Source: an uncultured Candidatus Actinomarina sp. (GTDB taxonomy: Bacteria > Actinomycetota > Acidimicrobiia > Actinomarinales > Actinomarinaceae). Taken from it: DNA of 64,000 nucleotides. A model generated the notes under the pieces. That model made no database searches. It saw only the letters and a list, made by a program, of their open reading frames with translations, and had not been told where the DNA came from. The stretch covers positions 82,330 to 146,329 of the forward strand of contig CACASI010000002.1 in the NCBI GenBank assembly GCA_902535055.1, given 5' to 3'. The first letter of the stretch is position 1. Each line of letters begins with the position of its first letter. The position numbers and the translations under genes were made by a program. Positions 9,193 through 16,701 of the stretch are shown piece after piece.

Positions 9193-10958
9193 TTTAGTTT
9201 TGATGCTTTCTGTTGTTCTAAAAATAAGCTTCTATAAGATTTAACTTCAGTAAGAATATCTTCATGTTTGCCTTGTGCTCTTATTTTTCCATCTTCAATA
9301 AATAAAACCTCATCACAAAGCTCAATTGTTGGTACACGATTAGTAATAATTAAAGTTGTCATTTTATTCATAACATTCTGTAATTCATTTCTAATCTCTT
9401 CTTCTGTGGATGCATCAACCGCTGAAAGTGCATCATCTAGTATTAATATTTTAGGATTTCTAACAATTGCTCTAGCAAGGGCAATTCTTTGCCTTTGCCC
9501 TCCAGATAAACCATAACCTCTCTCGCCTACTTTAGTTTCATAGGTTTCAGGTAATTGAGAAATGAATTCATGAGCTTTTGCAATGATTGCAGCCTCTTCG
9601 ACTTCTTGCTGAGACGCTTCAATTGATCCGATTGCAATATTGTCTTTGGCAGAATTTGAAAATAAAAAACTTTCTTCAAAAGCTAAACTTACATTATTTC
9701 TTAAATCATCTAGTTTAATTTTTTTAATATCAACATTATCAATTTTTATTGTTCCAGATTTAACATCATAGAGCCTTGGAAGAAGATATGACAATGTAGA
9801 TTTTCCAGATCCTGTTGCTCCAACAATAGCAATAGTTTTTTGTCCTTCTACTTTGAACGAAAGTTCATTGAAAATCGTATCATTTCCGTAACTAAAATCA
9901 ACATTTTCAAATTCTATTGTTCCATTTCCATCAGTAGGAAATTCTACTAATTCATCATTATTTATAATTGATGGTTGTTCATCTAATAATTCCAAAATTC
10001 TATTTCCAGCTGAGACGCTTGATGGTATCTCTGATAAGAACCATGCCGTAATTCTGAGGGGCCAAATTAATAAAATTACATATTGTGTAAAAGCTATAAA
10101 ATCCCCTAAAGTTATAAATTCATTTATTGCTAAATAACCACCCAATAAAAGAACTACTAACGTGATAATCATTGGTATTAATTCAAACAAAGGTACAAAT
10201 CTTGTTCTTAAATGCAGGAAATTTACAGATGTTTCGTAAATCTTTTCAATAGATCTCTCGACCTTTATAGAAGCTTCATCTTCATTTCCAAAAGCTTTAA
10301 CAACTCTGATGCCCCCAAGTTGTTCTTCAACTTCAGTCGTCATTTCTGCCTCAGCCTCTTTGACCTTCAAAGAAACTTCCATTGCTCTTGATGCAAAGTT
10401 TCCAGCTATATATAAAACTAAAGGAATTGATAGAAGAACTATTAATCCCAAAATAAAGTCAATAGAAACAAGTGTGACGCTAAGTAATAATAAAAGAAAA
10501 ACATTAGCTGTTGCTAATGGAGCAATTGCGAAAGCAAGTCTTACTTGAGATGCATCACTTGATGCTCTTGCCATTAACTCGCCTGTAGGAACTTTGTCAT
10601 GATATTTGAAAGCTAATCTTTGCATGTGTCCAAAAATAGTATTTCTGATCTCAGCTTCAACATTAAACGAGACTGACATACTAAAATATCTTCTTACTCC
10701 TATAGATGCCGCTCTTACATAACCAATTGCAATTAAGAAGGAAAGAAAAACGATTATAACTTGTTGATCACTTGCAACAATTCCATCATCAACAATTCGC
10801 TTAATTAAATATGGATGAAGAATAACTAAAAAACACCAAATGATTGCAGAAAACATAGATATTAGAAAATGCTTTCTATTGTTTTTTACTTCTTCAATAT
10901 AGAATCTTAAAGCTTTTTTAAACTCAGGAGTTTTAAACACATCAAACATACTTAACAA
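9189..10958 (-). CDS. ABC transporter, fused permease/ATP-binding subunit (heterodimer partner)
   Basis: GATGSGKST, LSGGQRQRIALARA, ILILDDALS. A 4-nt overlap with the downstream paralog suggests a heterodimeric exporter. Confidence 0.9.
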   Translation of the reverse strand: MLSMFDVFKTPEFKKALRFYIEEVKNNRKHFLISMFSAIIWCFLVILHPYLIKRIVDDGIVASDQQVIIVFLSFLIAIGYVRAASIGVRRYFSMSVSFNVEAEIRNTIFGHMQRLAFKYHDKVPTGELMARASSDASQVRLAFAIAPLATANVFLLLLLSVTLVSIDFILGLIVLLSIPLVLYIAGNFASRAMEVSLKVKEAEAEMTTEVEEQLGGIRVVKAFGNEDEASIKVERSIEKIYETSVNFLHLRTRFVPLFELIPMIITLVVLLLGGYLAINEFITLGDFIAFTQYVILLIWPLRITAWFLSEIPSSVSAGNRILELLDEQPSIINNDELVEFPTDGNGTIEFENVDFSYGNDTIFNELSFKVEGQKTIAIVGATGSGKSTLSYLLPRLYDVKSGTIKIDNVDIKKIKLDDLRNNVSLAFEESFLFSNSAKDNIAIGSIEASQQEVEEAAIIAKAHEFISQLPETYETKVGERGYGLSGGQRQRIALARAIVRNPKILILDDALSAVDASTEEEIRNELQNVMNKMTTLIITNRVPTIELCDEVLFIEDGKIRAQGKHEDILTEVKSYRSLFLEQQKASKLN

Positions 10959-10992
10959 TATTAAATGGTTAACAAATAAACAGTAAGGACTT

Positions 10993-11008
10993 TGTGCATT
11001 ATTTCACA
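10993..11008. promoter_or_regulatory. candidate CRP/FNR-family operator TGTGC-N6-TCACA
   Basis: tgtgc attatt tcaca has one mismatch to TGTGA-N6-TCACA. It ends 20 nt before the ATG at 11029, inside a 70-nt divergent intergenic region. Confidence 0.3.
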
Positions 11009-11028
11009 AGCATATTAACCTCTTTATC

Positions 11029-12546
11029 ATGAATGATGTTCTTGATAAAAAAATTGAAGATGTTTTAGATTCTGCTGACAGAATGTTCATAGCAACAAGT
11101 GTTGGTGGGAATTCCTCTGGTGCATCAGTTTTCTATGCTCGTGATGGTGAGGATCTTGTATTCTTTACCTTTAACCCGACAAGAAAAGCAGAGCAAATTC
11201 GTTTGAATCCAAGAGTGCACGTAGTTATATGGCCAAAAGGACAAGAAGGAATTAAAGGCCTTCAGATTGATGGTGAGTGTTACAAAATAAAAGATGAAAA
11301 AGAAAAAGAAAAAGCATACGAAATGGTTTTATCTACAACTGAGGCATTCAAAGAATATATGGAAGATGACTTTTTAAAAGAAAATGACGTTGTTGGTTAT
11401 TACCGCATCAAACCAACAACAATAAAATATGTAGATTTTTATCAAGAAGAACAATTTGAGTGGAGAACATACCCAGGTAATAAAACTTCAGCTGTAAAAT
11501 TTACTTTTAAACTAGCTTTGAAAAGAGTTGGTCTGTGGCTACGTACTGTAAGAGCCCCCTTTCTCACTGCAACTATTGCACCAATATTAATTGGTGCATC
11601 CGTTGCCTGGAATGATCTAAAATCAGAAAATTTAAACAGTGCGTGGTCATGGAATATGTTTTGGCTTGTTCTTGGTGGTGCATGTTTAGCACAGATAGCA
11701 ACAAACGCCTCAAATGATTATTTTGACCATACATCTAGTGCTGATGAAATAAATAAAGTTGCAAGTCCATTCAATGGCGGCAGTAGAGTAATTCAAGTTG
11801 GTTTAATGACTCCTGGACAAGTTTTAATTACAGCCTTAGTAAGCATTCTTGGAACGATCGGTATAGGGCTATATATTAATCAGCAAATAAGTGGTTATAT
11901 ATTTGGAAATACACCTATATTATGGACTGGAATTCTTGGAACTTTTCTTGCGCTAGGGTACACAGGAGATCCTGTAAGGCTTGGTTATAAAGGTTTTGGA
12001 GAAATTGCAATAGCCCTTGGATTTGGTCCTGTGATGGTAATGGGAGCACACTATGTTCTGACATTTCCTATGCATAATAATGATTTAGCATTGTGGAACT
12101 GGGCTGAAGCATTGGTTGTTTCAATACCAATTGCACTATTAGTAATGCTTATAGTTTGGATAAATCAGTTTCAAGATGCGCCCTCAGACGCTGCAGTTGG
12201 TAAAAATACTTGGGTAGTTAGAACAGCCATAAATGATGGTTGGATGAGACTTGAAAAACCATTATCTTTATACAAACAGTTTATGGTCGAAGCATTTATC
12301 TCTGTTGCATTAATTGGTATCCTAAGCTTTTTCACTGAATTTGGAACTGTTTATGCTTTCATTGCTTTGCTGCCTTTGGCATTAGTTTGGAAAGCGTTCA
12401 AAATGGCAGATGAGTGGATGATTAAATGGAACAATCCTGAGGCTGATAGACAAAAAGTACCTTATGAATTATTGCTTGTAAACGTTTCAACTATTGGCAT
12501 ACACTTTCTAACTGGATTATTACTTGCTGTTGCCTATCTTATTTAA
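11029..12546 (+). CDS. menA: fusion protein: PNPOx-like FMN-binding split-barrel domain + MenA-type 1,4-dihydroxy-2-naphthoate prenyltransferase (UbiA family)
   Basis: The first ~140 aa look like the pyridoxamine 5'-phosphate oxidase family (FIATSVGG..SGASVFY, NPRVHVVIW, YYRIKPT). The remainder is polytopic with the MenA motifs NDYFDH...R.IQ.G and QDAPSDAAVGKNTWVV. Confidence 0.75.
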   Translation: MNDVLDKKIEDVLDSADRMFIATSVGGNSSGASVFYARDGEDLVFFTFNPTRKAEQIRLNPRVHVVIWPKGQEGIKGLQIDGECYKIKDEKEKEKAYEMVLSTTEAFKEYMEDDFLKENDVVGYYRIKPTTIKYVDFYQEEQFEWRTYPGNKTSAVKFTFKLALKRVGLWLRTVRAPFLTATIAPILIGASVAWNDLKSENLNSAWSWNMFWLVLGGACLAQIATNASNDYFDHTSSADEINKVASPFNGGSRVIQVGLMTPGQVLITALVSILGTIGIGLYINQQISGYIFGNTPILWTGILGTFLALGYTGDPVRLGYKGFGEIAIALGFGPVMVMGAHYVLTFPMHNNDLALWNWAEALVVSIPIALLVMLIVWINQFQDAPSDAAVGKNTWVVRTAINDGWMRLEKPLSLYKQFMVEAFISVALIGILSFFTEFGTVYAFIALLPLALVWKAFKMADEWMIKWNNPEADRQKVPYELLLVNVSTIGIHFLTGLLLAVAYLI

Positions 12547-13176
12547 TTGAACACATCTGCAAACTTTTCAAACATTCATAAATTTTATGACTTCATTAAT
12601 TCATTGATAACATTTGGATTTGACAAATTATGGCGTCGTCAAGCTGCCGCAAATCTTAAACAAGGAAATGTCCTTGATCTTGGTAGTGGTACTGGAGCAT
12701 CATATGAGGATCTCAAAAGATTTGATGTTGTAGCTCTTGATCCTGATGAAAATATGCTGTCGTTAAATAAATTTCAAAACAAAGTAGTCGGTATAAGTGA
12801 AAATTTACCATTCGATAACAACTCCTTTGACAATATTTTTTGTTGTTTCGTATTAAGAAATGTTGACAATATTGAGAAGACTTTTAGTGAAGTTTCAAGA
12901 GTTTTAAAAAAAGATGGAAAATTTATATTATTAGATATGTCAAGACCTCGTAATAATATCCTTAAACGATTTCATAAAATCGGAACTTACATCGTTTTGC
13001 ATTTGATTGGATTGATTACATTAAATCTGAAAGAATATAGATTTTTACACTTTTCCTTAGATAAGCTTCCACCACCTGAAGATTTGTTAACTGATATTAA
13101 TTTAGAAAGAAAAATGTTAAAAAGAACTGGCCTTTTTGGGTTTGTTTATTTGGGAGTTTTTGAAAATAATAATTAA
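12547..13176 (+). CDS. menG: UbiE/MenG-family demethylmenaquinone methyltransferase (short form)
   Basis: YDFINSLITFGFDKLWRR block resembles UbiE YDLMND..S.G.HR.WK. SAM motif VLDLGSGTG is present. A TTG start directly follows the menA stop. Confidence 0.75.
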   Translation: MNTSANFSNIHKFYDFINSLITFGFDKLWRRQAAANLKQGNVLDLGSGTGASYEDLKRFDVVALDPDENMLSLNKFQNKVVGISENLPFDNNSFDNIFCCFVLRNVDNIEKTFSEVSRVLKKDGKFILLDMSRPRNNILKRFHKIGTYIVLHLIGLITLNLKEYRFLHFSLDKLPPPEDLLTDINLERKMLKRTGLFGFVYLGVFENNN

Positions 13177-13177
13177 A

Positions 13178-13780
13178 TTATTGATTAGCAAGTTGAACAA
13201 GAAGGGCTCCAACCATATCCTCTGGCAGGTTTCCTGTTCTTCTAGCAATAACGTTGAGGTCTTTATCTAGAAAGACCCAATAAGGAAATGCATTAAGTCC
13301 GTACGCCTCACCAATTTCACGATCTAAATCATAAATTTGGGTTTCACTCCAACCCTCACGCTCTAACCATTCTTGAGGAGGATAATTATCTCTTCCTCTG
13401 TCAATAGATGTAGCAACTGCTATGACATCGATTCCTGGTGGAACGCCATTTGAATCAATAAAACTTTGAACTACGGGAACTTCTCGCTGACAATGAGGAC
13501 ACCAGTGAGCTAAAAACAATAATGCTTTAGAATTTCCGTTTTTTTCTAAATTAAAAATTTCTGAATTTTGATCTGGTGCTGAAAATGTAGGTGCCGAAAG
13601 CCCAAGTGCAATGTTGTCATCATTTTCTCCAGCATATTGAGGAAGAGATTCTCCATCAACATTGATCTCACCCTCAGGGAGTCCAGCAGCTACTGGTTCA
13701 GAACTTAAAGTAACACCTATTGCAATAGCAAGGCCTAGAACAAGAACAACAGCTCCAGCGATAATGAAATTTTTATTCAA
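13178..13780 (-). CDS. membrane-anchored thioredoxin-fold thiol:disulfide oxidoreductase (TlpA/DsbA-like, CPHC active site)
   Basis: N-terminal TM anchor and WCPHCQ active site (same CPHC as E. coli DsbA). An 8-nt overlap with the upstream DsbB-like gene suggests an operon. Confidence 0.8.
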   Translation of the reverse strand: MNKNFIIAGAVVLVLGLAIAIGVTLSSEPVAAGLPEGEINVDGESLPQYAGENDDNIALGLSAPTFSAPDQNSEIFNLEKNGNSKALLFLAHWCPHCQREVPVVQSFIDSNGVPPGIDVIAVATSIDRGRDNYPPQEWLEREGWSETQIYDLDREIGEAYGLNAFPYWVFLDKDLNVIARRTGNLPEDMVGALLVQLANQ

Positions 13781-14300
13781 CTAATTCCTTTCTTGCAAAA
13801 TCATAGTACAACAAAGATACAAATATCGTTAAAAATCCTGTTCCAGCCATTACAGGAATACTTATAAATCCAAAAATATCAACATATTTTAAATCACAGG
13901 GAACATCTACAGCGCAAGTTCCACCGCCTCCTCCACCATTCTGTAAAAAAATATGATAAATACTAACAAGTACACCCATTATGCTTATATACCCAACTCT
14001 AAAAAATGGTCGCTTTACAAGTGAAATGAGTAATGCAATTGCAATTGGATACATTAAGTATCTCTGATACCAGCAAAATCTACACGGAATAAAACCAACT
14101 ACTTCTGAATAGACAATGCTTCCAATTGAAGAAAAGATAGCAACTGAAATTGCAAAATTTAGAAACTGGTCAGTAACAATTTTTGTAAAAGTTTTTTTAG
14201 AAAAATAAAGATAAAGTATTCCTGCAGATGATACCCAGGCGACAAACGTAAGAAATCCAAAAAAAGTATTTAGTAAAATTGTGAGATTCATTAAATCCAT
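13773..14300 (-). CDS. DsbB/BdbC-family disulfide bond formation protein
   Basis: FIPCRFCWYQRYLMYP and C..DVPC...Y....GFISIP align almost residue for residue with B. subtilis BdbC (FIPCELCWYQRILMYP; CVSGVPCSGQYINWFGFITIP). It carries about 50 extra N-terminal aa. Confidence 0.85.
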   Translation of the reverse strand: MDLMNLTILLNTFFGFLTFVAWVSSAGILYLYFSKKTFTKIVTDQFLNFAISVAIFSSIGSIVYSEVVGFIPCRFCWYQRYLMYPIAIALLISLVKRPFFRVGYISIMGVLVSIYHIFLQNGGGGGGTCAVDVPCDLKYVDIFGFISIPVMAGTGFLTIFVSLLYYDFARKELVE

Positions 14301-14318
14301 ATAGGAATTTTACCCTAC

Positions 14319-14351
14319 AAAAAATGATAGGCGACATTCGTCGCCTATCAT
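14319..14351 (-). terminator. rho-independent terminator downstream of the rhodopsin gene
   Basis: Perfect 12-bp stem atgataggcgac / gtcgcctatcat (14324-14335 / 14340-14351) with a 4-nt loop. On the minus strand it is followed by a T-run (A-run 14319-14323 on plus). Confidence 0.85.
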
Positions 14352-14371
14352 TAAAATTTTATTCGAAAAAG

Positions 14372-15034
14372 TTACGAAACTTTTTCTCCTGACTGAACTC
14401 GAGCCATTTGTAGTACTAATACACCAAGACCAACTTTGTTAATTATGTCAGCAATTGTGTATAGGACTTCACGAATAGCGTCGAAGTCTCCAACTACAGG
14501 TGCAATATATCCTAACGGATAGATTATCCAACCTACAAGAATTAAGTTCTTAATGTTTTCAAAAGCTACTGCCTGATCACCTTTAAGACCTTCTCCTTCA
14601 GCTTGAAGATTTCTCATTAGCCAGACGTAAGTTGCCATAGCAATTACAAATCCTGTCCAATATTCGTTGCTTCCTGCGGCTGATGTTTCTCCGTAGTATC
14701 CTGCACCAATCATTACTGTTGCTGCAATTCCCCAGTTACGGACTGCCTCATTATATGCGGCACCCTTTCTTGTAACGGCTAGGACCTCTACGAACATCAA
14801 AGGAACAGTTAAGACCCAGTCAACGTATCTTAACCCTGTATCATATGATCCACTCTCCCAAGATGCTCCCATCTTCTGATAGTGATACCATGCAATACCA
14901 CAGACAAGTGCAGAAATGTATACACCACGTCTGTGTTCTGGTTTTACCTCTCTTGATGAAGCAAGTAAAAATACTGTTCCTGCAAGCATTCCTACTGTTG
15001 CTACCATAAAGAGACGATATGTTAGTTCTTCCAT
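14372..15034 (-). CDS. light-driven proton-pumping rhodopsin, xanthorhodopsin/actinorhodopsin-like (DTE motif)
   Basis: RYVDWVLTVPLMFVE carries D, T(+4), E(+11). AWYHYQKM has the conserved His. GWIIYPLGY is present, and the Schiff-base Lys lies in YTIADIINKVG. Close block match to Salinibacter XR (YRYVDWLLTVPLL, YTIADVLAKAG). Strong SD aaggag is 9 nt before the ATG. Confidence 0.93.
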   Translation of the reverse strand: MEELTYRLFMVATVGMLAGTVFLLASSREVKPEHRRGVYISALVCGIAWYHYQKMGASWESGSYDTGLRYVDWVLTVPLMFVEVLAVTRKGAAYNEAVRNWGIAATVMIGAGYYGETSAAGSNEYWTGFVIAMATYVWLMRNLQAEGEGLKGDQAVAFENIKNLILVGWIIYPLGYIAPVVGDFDAIREVLYTIADIINKVGLGVLVLQMARVQSGEKVS

Positions 15035-15060
15035 TTAGAAGTACTCCTTTTTTTATTTAT

Positions 15061-15080
15061 TGTGAAACGTTCACATCACA
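15061..15080. promoter_or_regulatory. palindrome TGTGAA-acg-TTCACA plus an adjacent extra TCACA, upstream of the rhodopsin SD
   Basis: The 6+3+6 inverted repeat at 15061-15075 was checked base by base. A second TCACA lies at 15076-15080. The centre is about 34 nt upstream of the rhodopsin ATG. Confidence 0.35.
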
Positions 15081-15163
15081 AATGTACCATCCTTGTGCAA
15101 TAATTTAAAACTTAAAAAAAAATTTTAGATAATTTTTGTAACTTTATTTGTAAAAAATAGTAA

Positions 15164-16639
15164 TTATGAGTCTATTTTTTCATTCCATTTTTCTAAATAA
15201 GGCTTTAGATTAAATTTAGTGGCTGTTGATTTTGATGTCATATAACGAATTTTGCCATATATCGGCCTTTCTGGGCCCCAAGCTCTGTCATATCTTCCTA
15301 AAATCCAAAAAACGCCAGAATAAGAATTTGGGTCTCTTCCATCAAGAGCAAAACGATCATTTAGATCAATTAAATAAGAAAGTGCAATTTGTGGGTTAGG
15401 GGTCCATTCAAGAATTTTTTTTCCCCATAACATTCTTAAATAATTATGAATCCTTCCTTCAGTTCTGAGTTGATTTTGTGCAGCATTCCAAATTTCGTCA
15501 TGAGTTTTTCCATTTGTAAGTTCTGATAAATCGTAGACATATTCTCTTTCATCATTTGTGTGTTCATCTAATGTTTTTATTGCCCATTCAGGAAGAGACT
15601 GATATTGATCGTAATTAGCCCGCTTTACGCATGTATGATATCCAAGCTCTCTCCAAGTAATTAATTCATCAAAAAAACTTTCAAGATTTGATGAACCACC
15701 CCACCAACCTTCTCTTCTACCAACAAAATTAGGATCAATATTTTCTACCGACCATGATTCATTGCTAATTATTTTTTCAAATACTTCAAAAGTTGAGATA
15801 TGTCCAAAATGGAAATATGGTGATAGTTGACTACTTGCATCTTCCGACGGATGACTTCTTCTCTTTGCATAATCATTGAAACCCTTTTTTGTGAAATAAT
15901 CTAATCGGGATTTCGCTGCATCATAGCCACCAACTATTTCACTAATTTCGACTGATTTATCAACACTTAAGTTGTCTAAAAATTTCTGAATGTTTATTTC
16001 ATTAAAATCTTCTAATTTATATTTTTGGGTCAAGGATTTCAATATTTTTGGATCAAATTGAATATTTAAATAATCCAAAGGGTTCTGAACAGGAAATTCA
16101 ACAAGAAAGTCTTCGATATTTTTATGCATGAACCTTCTAAAATCATGGGCTCGAACATATTCTTTTTCTGCAATCCTAATTGGTAATATTCCATTTGAAT
16201 CTACAAGTTCATACGTTGTCTTAATATTACCTTTTGCTTCAGCAGTCATTTGAGGGACGAAATAGGTTGGGTAATCATCAGTGATCACAACAGCTGCATC
16301 TTTGGCTAAATCAAATAACAATTTATCTCCAACACCTTTGGATTCCTCAACATATGGAAAATAAAAAGCTTTAGAATCTTTAATTTGTTTTTGAATATCT
16401 CTCATTCCTTCAATAGCAAATTTGTGAAATCTAATACTTGCCATTGGGTAATCAATCGCAATTGGTTCAAATATAAGGAGGGGTTTTGATAATTTATTTG
16501 CCCATTCAATTGCCCGCTGAAGTGAGAAATTATAATTTACTCTTCTGAATGCAATCATCCAATATAAAACATAAGGAGCCTCCATATTTGGTTGCTCATC
16601 ATTTAATGTAGTTATTCTTGTAATTGGAACTTCAAGCAT
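15164..16639 (-). CDS. class II CPD deoxyribodipyrimidine photolyase
   Basis: Long collinear match to remembered Methanosarcina class II photolyase blocks: LSPYFHFGHIS, GKTHDEIWNAAQ, RMLWGKKILEW, LNDRFALDGRDPNSY, DRAWGPERPIYGKIRYM. Confidence 0.9.
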   Translation of the reverse strand: MLEVPITRITTLNDEQPNMEAPYVLYWMIAFRRVNYNFSLQRAIEWANKLSKPLLIFEPIAIDYPMASIRFHKFAIEGMRDIQKQIKDSKAFYFPYVEESKGVGDKLLFDLAKDAAVVITDDYPTYFVPQMTAEAKGNIKTTYELVDSNGILPIRIAEKEYVRAHDFRRFMHKNIEDFLVEFPVQNPLDYLNIQFDPKILKSLTQKYKLEDFNEINIQKFLDNLSVDKSVEISEIVGGYDAAKSRLDYFTKKGFNDYAKRRSHPSEDASSQLSPYFHFGHISTFEVFEKIISNESWSVENIDPNFVGRREGWWGGSSNLESFFDELITWRELGYHTCVKRANYDQYQSLPEWAIKTLDEHTNDEREYVYDLSELTNGKTHDEIWNAAQNQLRTEGRIHNYLRMLWGKKILEWTPNPQIALSYLIDLNDRFALDGRDPNSYSGVFWILGRYDRAWGPERPIYGKIRYMTSKSTATKFNLKPYLEKWNEKIDS

Positions 16640-16701
16640 AGAAATATTATAAGATTGAATTCATTTTTAAATTAAATAATATATGGTTAAAATTATCACT
16701 T

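Noticed and set aside
13900-13940. A GC-rich ccaccgcctcctccacc run encoding GGGGGG in the DsbB-like gene could be a slippage or frameshift site, or a sign of a pseudogene.
   Set aside because: The reading frame is intact across it, and both flanks align to BdbC. It probably encodes a flexible loop.
15061-15075. The rhodopsin-upstream palindrome could be a canonical CRP/GlxR site.
   Set aside because: The spacing between the TGTGA and TCACA cores is 5 nt, not 6. I therefore report it only as a generic palindrome or operator candidate.
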